Below are positions 13,681 to 25,963 of a stretch of 64,000 nt of DNA, one piece after another. The stretch is from the NCBI GenBank assembly GCA_964016885.1, contig OZ024752.1, forward strand, positions 42,470,001 through 42,534,000, read 5' to 3'. The position numbers were made by a program, and so were the translations under genes. The notes below the pieces were generated by a model. It was not told where the DNA came from. It searched no databases and saw only the letters and a list, made by a program, of their open reading frames with translations. Origin of the DNA: Eledone cirrhosa (Eukaryota). Position 1 is the first letter of the stretch, and every line of letters begins with the position of its first letter.

Positions 13681-14597
13681 CGGGGGAGGGTGCTCTGAAA
13701 GTACAGTAGCTAGAGTCAGAACTGGATGGAAAAAGTTCAGAGAGCTTATACCACTATTAGCCACTAAAAGGTTCTCCCTAAAAATGAAAGGCAGGTTGTA
13801 TGATGCCTGCATACGAACAGCAATGTTGTGTGGCAGTGAGACCTGGGCATTGTGTGCAGAGGATATACGCAGACTAGAGAGGAACGAAGCTTGCATGCTC
13901 CGCTGGATGTGTAATAGTAATACACGTGAACAGCAAAGCATAAACGAACTAAGGAAATAATTAGAAATAAGAGGGATCAGATGTTGTTTACTCGAGAGAA
14001 GGCTACGTTGGTCTGGTCACGTGATGCGCATGAAAGACGACGGCTGTATAACAAAGTGCAGGGCAATAAAGATAGATGGTAGCCACGGAGTAGGCAGACC
14101 CAGAAAAACCTGGGACGAGCTGATAAATTCCGACCTCACACACTTACACCTCTCCAAGACAATGTCACTGGACCGAGACCTTTGGCGGTACTCAGTAATA
14201 GAGAAGACCCACCTTACCTAAATACAAAGTAAAACCTACTACAGTCAGTAGGCATCTCTAACAAAATACACGCCCGTCCCATCCACACCGCCTCTTTCAA
14301 TGTAAAGTTATGTTGGTGCCACAACATCCAGGCCGAAACAAATGAGGTCGTGTAGGTGTCACGACAAAAAAAACACAGTCCACGCTGTAATGTGGCCGTG
14401 TAGGCAACACGGCAAAAACCTCCCAGACCCACACTGTGAATGTGGTTGGTGTTAGGAAGGGCATCCAACTGTAGAAAACCTGCCAGACAGTCCTATGCGA
14501 GCAAGACAATCACTCTTGCCTCAAGTGGGAAAACTCCCGTCCAAACCCATGCAAGCGTGGAACATGGACGTTAAACAATGATGATGATGACGATGAC
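13681..14597 (+). mobile_element. RTE LINE 3' fragment plus tail
   Basis: RVRTGWKKFREL, MLCGSETWAL, GHVMRM, GRPRKTW motifs; tail ends ggacgttaaacaatgatgatg. Confidence 0.88.
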
Positions 14598-14629
<32 letters not shown>

Positions 14630-14729
14630 ATATTGAAGCATGTTTTAATTTCTCTCAGTTTTTTCTTTTTTAACACCCAAGACTATATATCAATATATAT
14701 ACATATACACAATGTTGTCTCTGATCGAG

Positions 14730-15175
14730 ATGAAGTGTGACTGTATTTGAATACATGTGAAAGTGAGAAAATTCATCGCTAGATGAGTGGGGAGACCCAA
14801 GAAGACCTGGGATGAGGTGATAAAAGCCGACCTTACCCAATTACACCTCTCAAAGGCGATGACACACGACCGTGACCTCTGGCGTCATGCAGTAATACAG
14901 AGTACCCGAACTCCCATGGGTACAAGCTGAAGCATATAGACAATATGCCCCCCACACCCTCCCACTGCAAGGTGGTCGTGGAGGTGCCACGGCAAAAAAG
15001 TACCCAGCACTCACTGTAAATGAGGTTGGTGTTAGGAAGGGCATCCAGCTGGAGAAATCAAGACAAATCAGTTGCTGTATGAGCAAGGCATGGTCAGCCG
15101 ACCAGACACTGCCCACAACAGGACAACCCATCTAACCCATGCTAGCATGGAAGAACAGACGTAAAACGGTGATGA
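14730..15175 (+). mobile_element. RTE 3' fragment plus SINE-like tail
   Basis: gggagacccaagaagacctgggatgag (GRPKKTWDE) followed by the aggaagggcatcc module and (gat)n. Confidence 0.7.
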
Positions 15176-15224
15176 TTTATATACATATATATACATGTAT
15201 ATATATAAACATATATATATATAT

Positions 15225-15264
<40 letters not shown>

Positions 15265-15292
15265 GTGTGTGTATGTATATATATATATATAC

Positions 15293-15323
<31 letters not shown>

Positions 15324-16067
15324 CATGTGTATATTTATTAAAATAACAGATTAATGAAAATGAAAGAGAGAGTAATATCCATCATCAGTTGTCTGCTAGG
15401 AATCATAGGTATTTCTTCGTGTTAGAGACAAGATACCTCAGCCTAGGGCAAACAATAACTAAAAAATGTTATTGGGATAAAAAAGAAGGGGGGGGGGGCG
15501 AAACAGATACTAAAGTGGCAAGTTTGACGAGAGAACATATATATATGTGTGTACATGTGTATATATCATTCATTTCATTTAACGTCCGCATTTTCCCTGC
15601 TTGCAAGGGTGGGACGGGAACTGATTCTGGCTCAATTTCTACAGCTGGATGCCCTTCATAACACCAACCTCATTTACAGTGAGTGCTGGGTGCTTTTTTG
15701 CCGTGACACCTCCACGACCACTTTGCAGTGGAATGATAGGGACCCCAGTCCCTATCATCTCATTTCTACAGCTGAGTAAACTGGAGCAATGTGAAATAAA
15801 GTGTCTTGCTCAAAGAAACAACACATCACCCGGTCCGAAAATTGAACTCACAACCTTTCGATTGCAAGGCCAATGCTCTAACCTCTAAGTCATGTGCCTC
15901 CATATATATATATATATATATAGAGGCACAGTAATCTTGCAAATAAATATCGTCCGCACCCTGTATATATATATACATCATCATCATCATGTATACATGT
16001 ACATATATATATATATACATATATATATATATGTACATGTATACATGATGATGATGATGTATATATA

Positions 16068-16944
16068 CAGGGTGCGGACGATATTTATTTGCAAGATTAC
16101 TGTGTAGGAAAAATAACAGTGGCAATATTTTTTAAGATATATTTATCAAACTTTGGTCAGTTTATCTTCATGACTTGTTCTTTCGATCTCACTCGATAAA
16201 CCCGCCATTGGCTTTGATGACGGCCTCGGAACCGGCTACAGGCCTTCGTCACTGTCCCTCGACTTAGGCCCCTAAAGGCACTTGTGATCCTGGCCTTCAG
16301 ATCGTCTTTCGTGTTGCAGCTAGATCTGTTGGTATCTCGTTCCACTGTGCCTCACACAAAGAAGTCGAGGGGTTGCAGTCAGGCGAGCTGGGAGGCTAGA
16401 TTGCAGGTGAAGTGTGGTCGACAAAGTTCTCTGACAGCCAGACTTGGGTCTTTTGGCTGGTATGGCAGGGCGCTGAGTCTTGCTGCCACACGTACGGCCT
16501 ACCTGCAGCTACCTGGTCGATCCAGGGCTTTACTACCTCGCTCAGAACACGGATGTAGCCATCGGTGTTCAGCTTGAGGCCCTCGAGGAAGAAGTGAGGT
16601 GCCATGATGTCACCTTGACTGCTGACGACACCTAAGACCAATATTGTCGCTGGAAACTTTGTCTGCATGACTCTGGGCACGTCTTTGGATGAGACAGTGA
16701 GCCACCTGTTGTTCTGGGAGTTGTTGTTCTGGACTTATTTGTCCTCCCGCCACGGATTCCAAGAAGAACTCCGTGTCTCTTCCACAAATTTGGAGGTTCA
16801 AAATTATACATAATCAATTATTCTGAAAATAAATAATGGAAATATAGTCACCGTTTTTATGAAGACAAGAGTGACAACAGAAATAAAAAAAATTTGCATA
16901 AAATTAGCAGTTGAAAATTGCGAACAAATATCGTCCGCACCCTG
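16068..16944 (-). mobile_element. Internally deleted Tc1/mariner (maT/DD37D-like) transposon
   Basis: TIRs cagggtgcggacgatattt / aaatatcgtccgcaccctg flanked by TA; transposase remnant TKFPATILVLGVVSS...WQQDSAPCH. Confidence 0.88.
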
Positions 16945-17588
16945 TACATATATATATACATGTATATATACATATATATATATATACATGTATCATCATT
17001 TTACGTCCGCTTCTCTGCAAAATGTTAGGTAGATTTTCCTGTTGATAGATATTGCAGATTACTGCATTATATGCAACTTCTCATGGAGGCAAAGTTGGTA
17101 GTGGCTGGCCCCCAGGGATGTGTTTTACACACAACTACAACAACAATATGAGATAACACAAAAAGAACAATATGTATTTTTTTATATTTTATTCATAATA
17201 TTGCTGATTGTGATAATGATGCTTATGATGACGATAATGAAGGTGATTGTGATGAGGAGTATTCACAACATTTAACCCTTTAGCATTTAAACCGGCCTTA
17301 TCCGGCCAGAATTCTCTCATCTCTTTCTGTCCAAACTAGCCGCTCATACTGATGTTAAGGTTTTCTTCTCAAAATAAAAACTATCAAAATCTCATAGATT
17401 CGATATTATGTAAGATAAATACAATAGTAAATATAGAGTAATGTAAATGCTAAAGGGTTGAACCATCATACTACTACATGCTGTATATCTGGAGTTGAAA
17501 CAGCAGAGGACACAGGATAGTAAAATGGTTGGAATGGAGTGGAAGGGAACATGAACTGGTGATATCATAAATGAGAGTTGGCTTCTTT

Positions 17589-17610
17589 TCAGTTGTAAAT
17601 GAAGTTGAAC
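17589..17610 (-). CDS. NUDT21: CFIm25 last coding exon (22 nt): (R)FNFIYN-stop
   Basis: Acceptor ttcttgtttttttccag then G TTC AAC TTC ATT TAC AAC TGA; completes the canonical CFIm25 terminus SRFNFIYN. The four exons sum to 303 nt (100 aa plus stop). Confidence 0.93.
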
Positions 17611-17968
17611 CTGGAAAAAAACAAGAAAACAGAAAAGAAATTATATTTCATATCATACAACCAACATTTCGCTTTCACCCATTAGCATTTAAACTGGCCG
17701 TTTCCGGCCAGAATTCTCTCACCTCATTCTGTTCAAACTGGCGACCCATACTTATGTTAAGGTATTGTTCTCAAATTAAATAATATGAAATTTCATAGAT
17801 TCAATATTATGTGAGATAAAGCCTTTACAGTGAAAATACAATAGTAAATATAGAGTAATGTAAATGTTATGTGAAGTAAAGCCCTTACTGTGAAAATACA
17901 ATAGTAAATATAGAGTAATGTAAATGCTAAAGGGTTAACGAGGTAGTTTGCATAAGGGACTCATAAAA

Positions 17969-18772
17969 GTGGTCATACAGTTCATCTACCAGTCTTGGTT
18001 GTGGTATATGTATGTAGAGATAATTGTGTGGTCATACAGTTCATCTACCAGTCCTGGTTGTGGTATATGTATGTAGAGATAATTGTGTGGTCATACAGTT
18101 CATCTACCAGTCTTGGTTGTGGTATATGTATGTAGAGATAATTGTGTGGTCATACAGTTCATCGTTCAGTCCTGATTGTGGTATATATATGTAGAGATAA
18201 TTGTGTGGTCATACAGTTCATCTACCAGTCTTGGTTGTGGTATATGTATGTAGAGATAATTGTGTGGTCATACAGTTCATCTACCAGTCTTGGTTGTGGT
18301 ATATATATGTAGAGATAATTGTGTGGTCATACAGTTCATCTACCAGTCTTGGTTGTGGTATATATATGTAGAGATAATTGTGTGGTCATACAGTTCATCT
18401 ACCAGTCTTGATTGTGGTATATATATGTAGAGATAATTGTGTGGTCATACAGTTCATCTACCAGTCTTGGTTGTGGTATATATATGTAGAGATAATTGTG
18501 TGGTCATACAGTTCATCTACCAGTCTTGGTTGTGGTATATATATGTAGAGATAATTGTGTGGTCATACAGTTCATCTACCAGTCTTGGTTGTGGTATATA
18601 TATGTAGAGATAATTGTGTGGTCATACAGTTCATCGTTCAGTCTTGGTTGTGGTATATATATGTAGAGATAATTGTGTGGTCATACAGTTCATCTACCAG
18701 TCTTGATTGTGGTATATGTATGTAGAGATAATTGTGTGGTCATACAGTTCATCGTTCAGTCCTGATTGTGGT
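17969..18772. repeat. 59-bp tandem minisatellite, ~13.5 copies
   Basis: Unit gtggtcatacagttcatctaccagtcttggttgtggtatatatatgtagagataattgt. Confidence 0.97.
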
Positions 18773-19104
18773 GTGTGTATCTATCTATCTAAGGCAGGTA
18801 AAATTCCTGAGATCCATGGACAAGTTTTCTCTAGTGGTCTCTGTCCTTCATCATCATCGCTGCCATGGCCTGTGTCTCCCAGACAGCATTGTCAGTCCTT
18901 AGGGCATCAATATATGTCAACCTCGGTCTCCCTCTTCTAGCATATATATGTAGAGATAAAGACTTATTTTCTAATTTCTACTAATATTATTTTCTAAGTT
19001 TCATCAACATACATGTATACAAATATAAGAATATACTACAGAACGAAAGCACAAACAAATATTTGTATGTATGATTTGTGTTTTCGTTCTGTAATTAATA
19101 TATT

Positions 19105-19262
19105 ACAGTGAAATTCCGTTATAACGAAATTCAAGGGGTATAAAAAAATTTGTTGTAACGAAAAATTTTTTATAACGAGCATGTGGACGTGGATTGAAAA
19201 AAAATTCGTTATACTGAAAAATTCGTTATAATGGTATTCCTTGTAACGGAATTTTACCTGTA
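19105..19262. mobile_element. Tigger/pogo-like MITE (related partial copy 63836-64000)
   Basis: ta-cagtgaaattccgttataa ... ttgtaacggaattttacctg-ta; internal gttataacgaa repeats. Confidence 0.7.
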
Positions 19263-20009
19263 TTATATTTTTATACGAGTATGCTGATGAAACTGAGAAA
19301 AGAAAATATTAGGGTTCATGTGGTCAGAAACGTTAATTAAAGATTTTTAAATTCGTTAACTTAGAGAAACATAGAAAGGGAGGTAACCTAGTCTTCTAAT
19401 TTCGAGCTTTATACAAGATTTAGTTGAGGCAAAATGTTTACAATATAAGATATACACACATATACAACAGCAAATACATATACATATAATTATACTTGTG
19501 TGTGTATATATATATATAATATATATACTATATTTAATATATATACTTGCCTGCTTGGGGAGCATAGGCAAAGAGGATTGTCAGTAGTCTCCTGCCTACC
19601 ACTAATCTAGGCTTAATTATTCGATTATAGGCTCAAACTACCTCTATTGTCTTATTGATCCATCTCTCAGCCAGGAAAATGCCTACTTCCCCTAACCCAT
19701 CATCCTTACCTACCCAGAAAAGCTTCACGTCCACTTTGCAGTGAGTGCTGGGTGTTTTTTTTTTGCTGAGACACCTCCACGGCCACTTTGCAGTGGAATG
19801 ATATGGACCCCAGTCCCTATCATCTCATTTCTACAGCTGAGTAAACTGGAGCAATGTGAAATAAAGTGTCTTGCTCAAGGAAACAACACATCACCCGGTT
19901 TGAGAATTGAACTCGCAACCTTTCGATTGCAAGGCCAATGCTCTAACCACTAAGCCATGTGCTTCCATATATATATAATATATATAATATATATAATATA
20001 TATACATCA

Positions 20010-21724
20010 TAGAGAGGGTGGATAAGGAATCTGGCACCAGTGGGGACTTGATCAATTTAGATCAATCAAAGGCCATAGGTACCTTGCGGCAGTCCTCAAA
20101 GCAGCTGGCTTTGGACCCGTTTTCTGAATCATTCAAAATCATGCACTCTCTCCGCCAAGGTTACCTCCTCTTGTCCCTTCTCTATGTATTGACTCTTGAA
20201 CCATTACTAAACAAATTGGAGACTTTGAGAGGCATCCCGTGCGAACTAGTATGTGGGAGATCCATGTGAGCATATGTCGACATCACCGTAGTGCTGTCAA
20301 ACACCAAACACATTTAGATGACTGGCTCCACACTCGCAGTACAAAGCAGTAACAGGAACAAAAACCAAACCAAGGAAAGCCGATGGGCCTGCAGCTCAGC
20401 ACCTGGAAAGGAATGCCCATGCCGTCCAACAGCTCCGTGGGACGCTGGACAGATGGACCAGTTAAATTACTCGGGCTCTGGTTTGGACCAGATCTCCAGA
20501 TGGACAAAAACTAGGATGAGGTAACACATAAGGTGGCCTCTCTCACCCAGAAATGGACCGAGAGGATGCTAAACTTTAAAGGTCGGGCAGGCATTTACTA
20601 CCACCTGGCCATCTCCAGCTTTTCCTTGATGGTGAACAGGTGTGGTCGTCGTTCGCTAGACACATTTCCCCCACCTCCTTAACGGAGCTGCTGTCTTGAG
20701 CCAAGCAAAGACCAAGAGGGAGTGTTTGGAGACTGGAATGTCTTCAAGCGCTCACACCCTCAGCCAATGAGGCAGTACAATTGGTGGAAATTCCACTTTA
20801 GTATTCTATAAAGAATTAGTGAATGGTAAGAGTGATGACATCTTTGGGAACACTCTGGGTATTGACGAAAATCAACTAGCCACTCTTTCCCAGTGGACTT
20901 TCAGTTCAGAGCCCATGGACAATTTCCAGAAATCTCTGGTCTGGCAGTCCTATCAAGGAGCTTTACCGGTTGGTTCGAGATAAACTATTCAGGCATGGAA
21001 GTGCCGTGCCGTCAGTCGGGCCTGTCCGAGATGCGCGCAGAGCGACAAAACCGTCCTGCATCCACACATCGAGTATCCACGTATTGTAAACTTGTGAGTT
21101 AATGTCAAGCACCTGCTGTCACATGTAGGACGGATCCTACATGTAGGATAGATCTGACCATCAACTGAGTCCATTGTGAAAATCCCCCACCGTCTTCCTT
21201 TAGAGAAGGACAGGCAGGTTTTATCTGCCTGGTGACCATGGCAAAATAAGTCATGTGGTGAACGCATTTGAAAGGGTCAAAGACAGCCACTTTCCTCTTT
21301 GGCGAAGCCCTGATTAACTTTTTCAGGTTTCTCTAGAAGAGGAAAATCAGAGTGGAGAGGGTAGTGCTGCCTTCCAACCAGTTTGTTGAAAAGTAGGTGA
21401 GAGTGGCAAGCATGGTCCGTGTGAATGGGCCTCCCTGGAGCATATGCCTGTAGATTGGTGGAGAAAGACTGGGTGAGGGCACTTTACTCTAGTAGTCAGG
21501 GTGACCATGGCTTTTATGGAACTTCTCCACGAGTGACCCTTGGAGTCTCCTCAACTTTGAGGAATTTATGTTTGGTTTTTAAATGTTTACTTTTTTAGTC
21601 TCTGCTAAAAATTTCATTTTACACAAAAATAAATAAATAAATAAATAAAAAAGTAAAAAACTATCGTCCTGTACCGCCTTTAATGTTTCCTTAATGTGAG
21701 CCCTGTGTGGCTAATAAAGAAATT
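20010..21724 (+). mobile_element. Degenerate L1/Tx1-clade non-LTR retrotransposon, RT to 3' end
   Basis: Broken RT motifs LDQSKA, LRQG..LSLLYVLTLEPLL, AYVDITV (YADD-like), KLLGLWFG; CPRC...H zinc-knuckle remnant; A-rich tract and aataaa at the 3' end. Confidence 0.8.
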
Positions 21725-21922
21725 ATTTTGTTGCTAATGAAAAACACTTCAAGTGAGTGTTGAATTATCTCCCTTGTTTCGGGGAAATTTTACTTTCATT
21801 TTCAGCTTTCTGAGAAAATATATACATTCTTTATATATATACACACACACTGCGAGACTCGACATATCTGCCATACTTAGGAGATCTACCGAAGTGTAAT
21901 TACACACTCGTTAACATATCCT

Positions 21923-22645
21923 ATGCATATTCAACTCTCTCCCAGCGAAATCCGCTATACTCAAGATTCTATCAGTCCAACTTTCCAAAATGGATCTAAA
22001 CTACAAGATCTTATTTCGGATATTATTAATCACAAAATAAAACCTGACCAAGTCCGCCAAATCAGAGTTTTCGAAAGAAATGGAAAATATTATAGCTTGG
22101 ATAACAGAAGGTTATATGTGTACAAAGAAGTACAACGCTTAAGTGAACCAAACATGAAAATTAAGGTGAAATTAACTTTACATATTGACGAAAATAAGTA
22201 CACAACAATGAACGATGGTGTAAGCGTACAAGTGAGAGGGAAAAAGAAGCAGAATATGGCATGGCCACAGAATGAGGCACAAAAAAATATTCCAGACATT
22301 AAAAATATAACAAATCCTGGGATTACGTATGCTTCATGCGTCAGGTCTAGTCAAGTAGAGTCGAACTCTCTAAACAGGGTACCTCGAACTCCGTTCTACA
22401 GGTGTGACGGTGATGATGATGATGATGACGACGACGACGCAAATTTCGATCAACGTTTATATGAAAGATATCGACATTCGTTTGCAACAAGCCCTCCTCG
22501 TTCATATGAAGAAAGCCCTCAACGTTCGTACGCAACAAGCCCTCAACGTTCGTACGCAACAAGCCCTCAACGTTCGTACGCAACAAGCCCTCCTCGTTCA
22601 TATGAAAAGAAGTCGTCCAGCGATTCTTGGTGTGTGATTATTTAA
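21923..22645 (+). CDS. Uncharacterised 240-aa protein: ParB/Srx-like N-terminal domain, poly-Asp, 8-aa SPxR repeats, C-terminal CaaX (CVII); copy 1
   Basis: Intact ATG-TAA ORF of non-repetitive composition. The motifs PSEIRYTQDSIS...F.NG and IRV...GKYYSLDNRRL resemble ParB-like domains (recognised from memory, not searched). Confidence 0.85.
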   Translation: MHIQLSPSEIRYTQDSISPTFQNGSKLQDLISDIINHKIKPDQVRQIRVFERNGKYYSLDNRRLYVYKEVQRLSEPNMKIKVKLTLHIDENKYTTMNDGVSVQVRGKKKQNMAWPQNEAQKNIPDIKNITNPGITYASCVRSSQVESNSLNRVPRTPFYRCDGDDDDDDDDDANFDQRLYERYRHSFATSPPRSYEESPQRSYATSPQRSYATSPQRSYATSPPRSYEKKSSSDSWCVII

Positions 22646-23653
22646 ACTGCGCTTAACAACACATCCAAATATTCTTGGTCTGTGATTAAACCTTTTCCTA
22701 CCAAGCCGTCGGAAATGGCTCCCCGGTTCTACGGTGAAAAACTTTGTTTTAAAATACTTCCATCATAATTTTATGTAAGAACTTCTCTTTAGCTATGTTC
22801 CAAATATCAGCTTAAACATTTGGATAACAAACTGTCCGTGGTTCTACGATATAAAACTGTTTTTAAATGTTTATATTTCAAATCCTTTCATTATTATATT
22901 CCAGCATAGTTATGTCCCCTTATGATATAAGTTCAAATCCCGCCGAGGTTAACTTTGCCTTTCATCCTTACGGGGTCGATAAAATAAAGTACCAGTAATG
23001 CACTGAGATAATTGCTGGCCTTGTGCCTAAAAGTAGAAACAATTATCATACTATATAAGAACCTTTATTATATTATGTTATGAAACACCAAATTAATGAG
23101 AAAGTATATTACCAAATCTCTGGACGTTTTTGTTTTCTTTTCTTTTTTTCAAGATTACTTGGAAAATATGTTTCGTTTTCCATTAGAAATATGGGAACGA
23201 AAGTGTTAATGATTTTTTTTTTTTTATTATTAAAAAAAAAAAAAGCTATGTAAGATGTTCACTTAACCGTTTCTACATTGGGCACAAGGTCAGCAATTTG
23301 AAGATAAGAGCAAAGTCGGTTAAATCGACCCCAGTGCTTTACCTTGACTAATTTATATAAAGACATCCCGCCGATTTCAGAGGGAAATAATTTTTCTTCT
23401 TAGGCATTTGCATGTGCTATTAATGAAACTACCTTATAATATTGTCATAAAGAACGTTTTCCTATTAAGAGGGTAGAGACACTCGTTTTTCCAGGAGACA
23501 CTCGAGTTTTCTTTACCATTTCATTTTCCTTCGTAGATTTTTTTCTTTCTTTCTTTTCGTGAACTACTATTACATATAACTAGCAGAAAAACAAGAGCAA
23601 CTCAGGTCATCGCTTCCAAACTGCCAAGACTGACCAACTCAACTTCCAACTAC

Positions 23654-23689
<36 letters not shown>

Positions 23690-23829
23690 AAGATTTTTAA
23701 ACGCGTGCGTGACACAAATTTTTACAATGTTTTAAGAAAAATTATTTTTACAAATATTTACGAAGTGCAGTTTGTATTACAATCGGAACTCTGCCTATAC
23801 TCGATTGCAATATATAAAGAGGAACAAGA

Positions 23830-24540
23830 TACAACGCTATTAGCTGTCAGTCGAAGGTGACATCATTCGTCAAACATCGTTTATTTCCGTATTATTTCAT
23901 AGTCATGGTTATCAATGTAGAAAACAAGTCATTTTCACCAACAGTGGAGTTAACTTAAATGAAAATATAGTGGCCCTTAAAAGGGCCAAATTGTTAATGG
24001 AATTAACCATCGCTACCGCTACTACAGCAGATACCATCAATCTCCATGTGGACTGTATCCATGCTTTTGAATAAGGTTGGTGAAAAAAATTTGTTTTCTA
24101 AACATTTCTTCATAAAGAGTTGGTGAAAAAAATGTGATAACCATAAATTTGTTCTTTAATTTGGCCCTTTTAAGGACCACCTATATTTTCATTTAAGTTA
24201 ACTCCACTGTTGGTGAAAATGACTTGTTTTCTACATTAATAACCATGACTATGAAAATATAGTTCATGGTATTAGCTGTCAGAAGTAACTCCACTGTTGG
24301 TGAAAATGACTTGTTTTCTACATTAATAACCATGACTATGAAAATATAAATGATTAAATCCAATTTATTTGACAACCATGACTTGTTTTCTAATTAACTT
24401 AAATTTGTTTTCTAATTTGGCCCTTTTAAGGGCCACCTATATTTTCATTTAAGTAACTCCACTTACACGTGGTAGTAATACGGAAATAAACGATATTTTG
24501 CTTTCATCGGCTGCTTCGACTGACAGCTAATAGCGTTGTA
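23830..24540. mobile_element. Foldback/MITE-like element with 27-bp terminal and long internal inverted repeats (second copy 27150-27860)
   Basis: tacaacgctattagctgtcagtcgaag ... cttcgactgacagctaatagcgttgta; internal arms ~23876-23991 vs ~24158-24260 and 24414-24494. Confidence 0.7.
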
Positions 24541-25246
24541 GTGCCCAAGGGCGCACAAAAATGGGACATTACAGAACATGAATATACGCTATTTTGAAGT
24601 ATTTAAAAGATTTTTACAAACAAAAATTTAGAATGGTTTTGTACAAACGATAAATTTAAAAATATTTGTATCAGAGTGGAGAGGGTAGTGCTGCCTTCCA
24701 ACCAGTTTGTTGAAAAGTAGGTGAGAGTGGCAAGCATGGTCCGTGTGAATGGGCCTCCCTGGAGCATATGCCTGTAGATTGGTGGAGAAAGACTGGGTGA
24801 GGGCACTTTACTCTAGTAGTCAGGGTGACCATGGCTTTTATGGAACTTCTCCACGAGTGACCCTTGGAGTCTCCTCAACTTTGAGGAATTTATGTTTGGT
24901 TTTTAAATGTTTACTTTTTTAGTCTCTGCTAAAAATTTCATTTTACACAAAAATAAATAAATAAATAAATAAAAAAGTAAAAAACTATCGTCCTGTACCG
25001 CCTTTAATGTTTCCTTAATGTGAGCCCTGTGTGGCTAATAAAGAAATTATTTTGTTGCTAATGAAAAACACTTCAAGTGAGTGTTGAATTATCTCCCTTG
25101 TTTCGGGGAAATTTTACTTTCATTTTCAGCTTTCTGAGAAAATATATACATTCTTTATATATATACACACACACTGCGAGACTCGACATATCTGCCATAC
25201 TTAGGAGATCTACCGAAGTGTAATTACACACTCGTTAACATATCCT

Positions 25247-25963
25247 ATGCATATTCAACTCTCTCCCAGCGAAATCCGCTATACTCAAGATTCTATCAGT
25301 CCAACTTTCCAAAATGGATCTAAACTACAAGATCTTATTTCGGATATTATTAATCACAAAATAAAACCTGACCAAGTCCGCCAAATCAGAGTTTTCGAAA
25401 GAAATGGAAAATATTATAGCTTGGATAACAGAAGGTTATATGTGTACAAAGAAGTACAACGCTTAAGTGAACCAAACATGAAAATTAAGGTGAAATTAAC
25501 TTTACATATTGACGAAAATAAGTACACAACAATGAACGATGGTGTAAGCGTACAAGTGAGAGGGAAAAAGAAGCAGAATATGGCATGGCCACAGAATGAG
25601 GCACAAAAAAATATTCCAGACATTAAAAATATAACAAATCCTGGGATTACGTATGCTTCATGCGTCAGGTCTAGTCAAGTAGAGTCGAACTCTCTAAACA
25701 GGGTACCTCGAACTCCGTTCTACAGGTGTGACGGTGATGATGATGATGATGACGACGCAAATTTCGATCAACGTTTATATGAAAGATATCGACATTCGTT
25801 TGCAACAAGCCCTCCTCGTTCATATGAAGAAAGCCCTCAACGTTCGTACGCAACAAGCCCTCAACGTTCGTACGCAACAAGCCCTCAACGTTCGTACGCA
25901 ACAAGCCCTCCTCGTTCATATGAAAAGAAGTCGTCCAGCGATTCTTGGTGTGTGATTATTTAA
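25247..25963 (+). CDS. Same protein, copy 2 (238 aa, shorter Asp tract)
   Basis: 3324 bp downstream of copy 1; protein identical except 7 vs 9 Asp. Confidence 0.85.
   Translation: MHIQLSPSEIRYTQDSISPTFQNGSKLQDLISDIINHKIKPDQVRQIRVFERNGKYYSLDNRRLYVYKEVQRLSEPNMKIKVKLTLHIDENKYTTMNDGVSVQVRGKKKQNMAWPQNEAQKNIPDIKNITNPGITYASCVRSSQVESNSLNRVPRTPFYRCDGDDDDDDDANFDQRLYERYRHSFATSPPRSYEESPQRSYATSPQRSYATSPQRSYATSPPRSYEKKSSSDSWCVII

Noticed and set aside
17969-18772. CRISPR-like regular array (also 44305-44715, 59441-60155)
   Set aside because: Head-to-tail units without unique spacers, no cas genes, eukaryotic context.
19284-19311. CTGATGA motif as a hammerhead
   Set aside because: No stem II or stem III; part of an inverted repeat with ~18970-19030.
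22090-22637. Short overlapping ORFs inside the triplicated gene
   Set aside because: Alternate-frame or antisense shadows, kept open partly by the 24-nt repeat.
23990-24160. Histone gene remnant between the stem-loops
   Set aside because: I recognised no histone-like peptide in this AT-rich interval.
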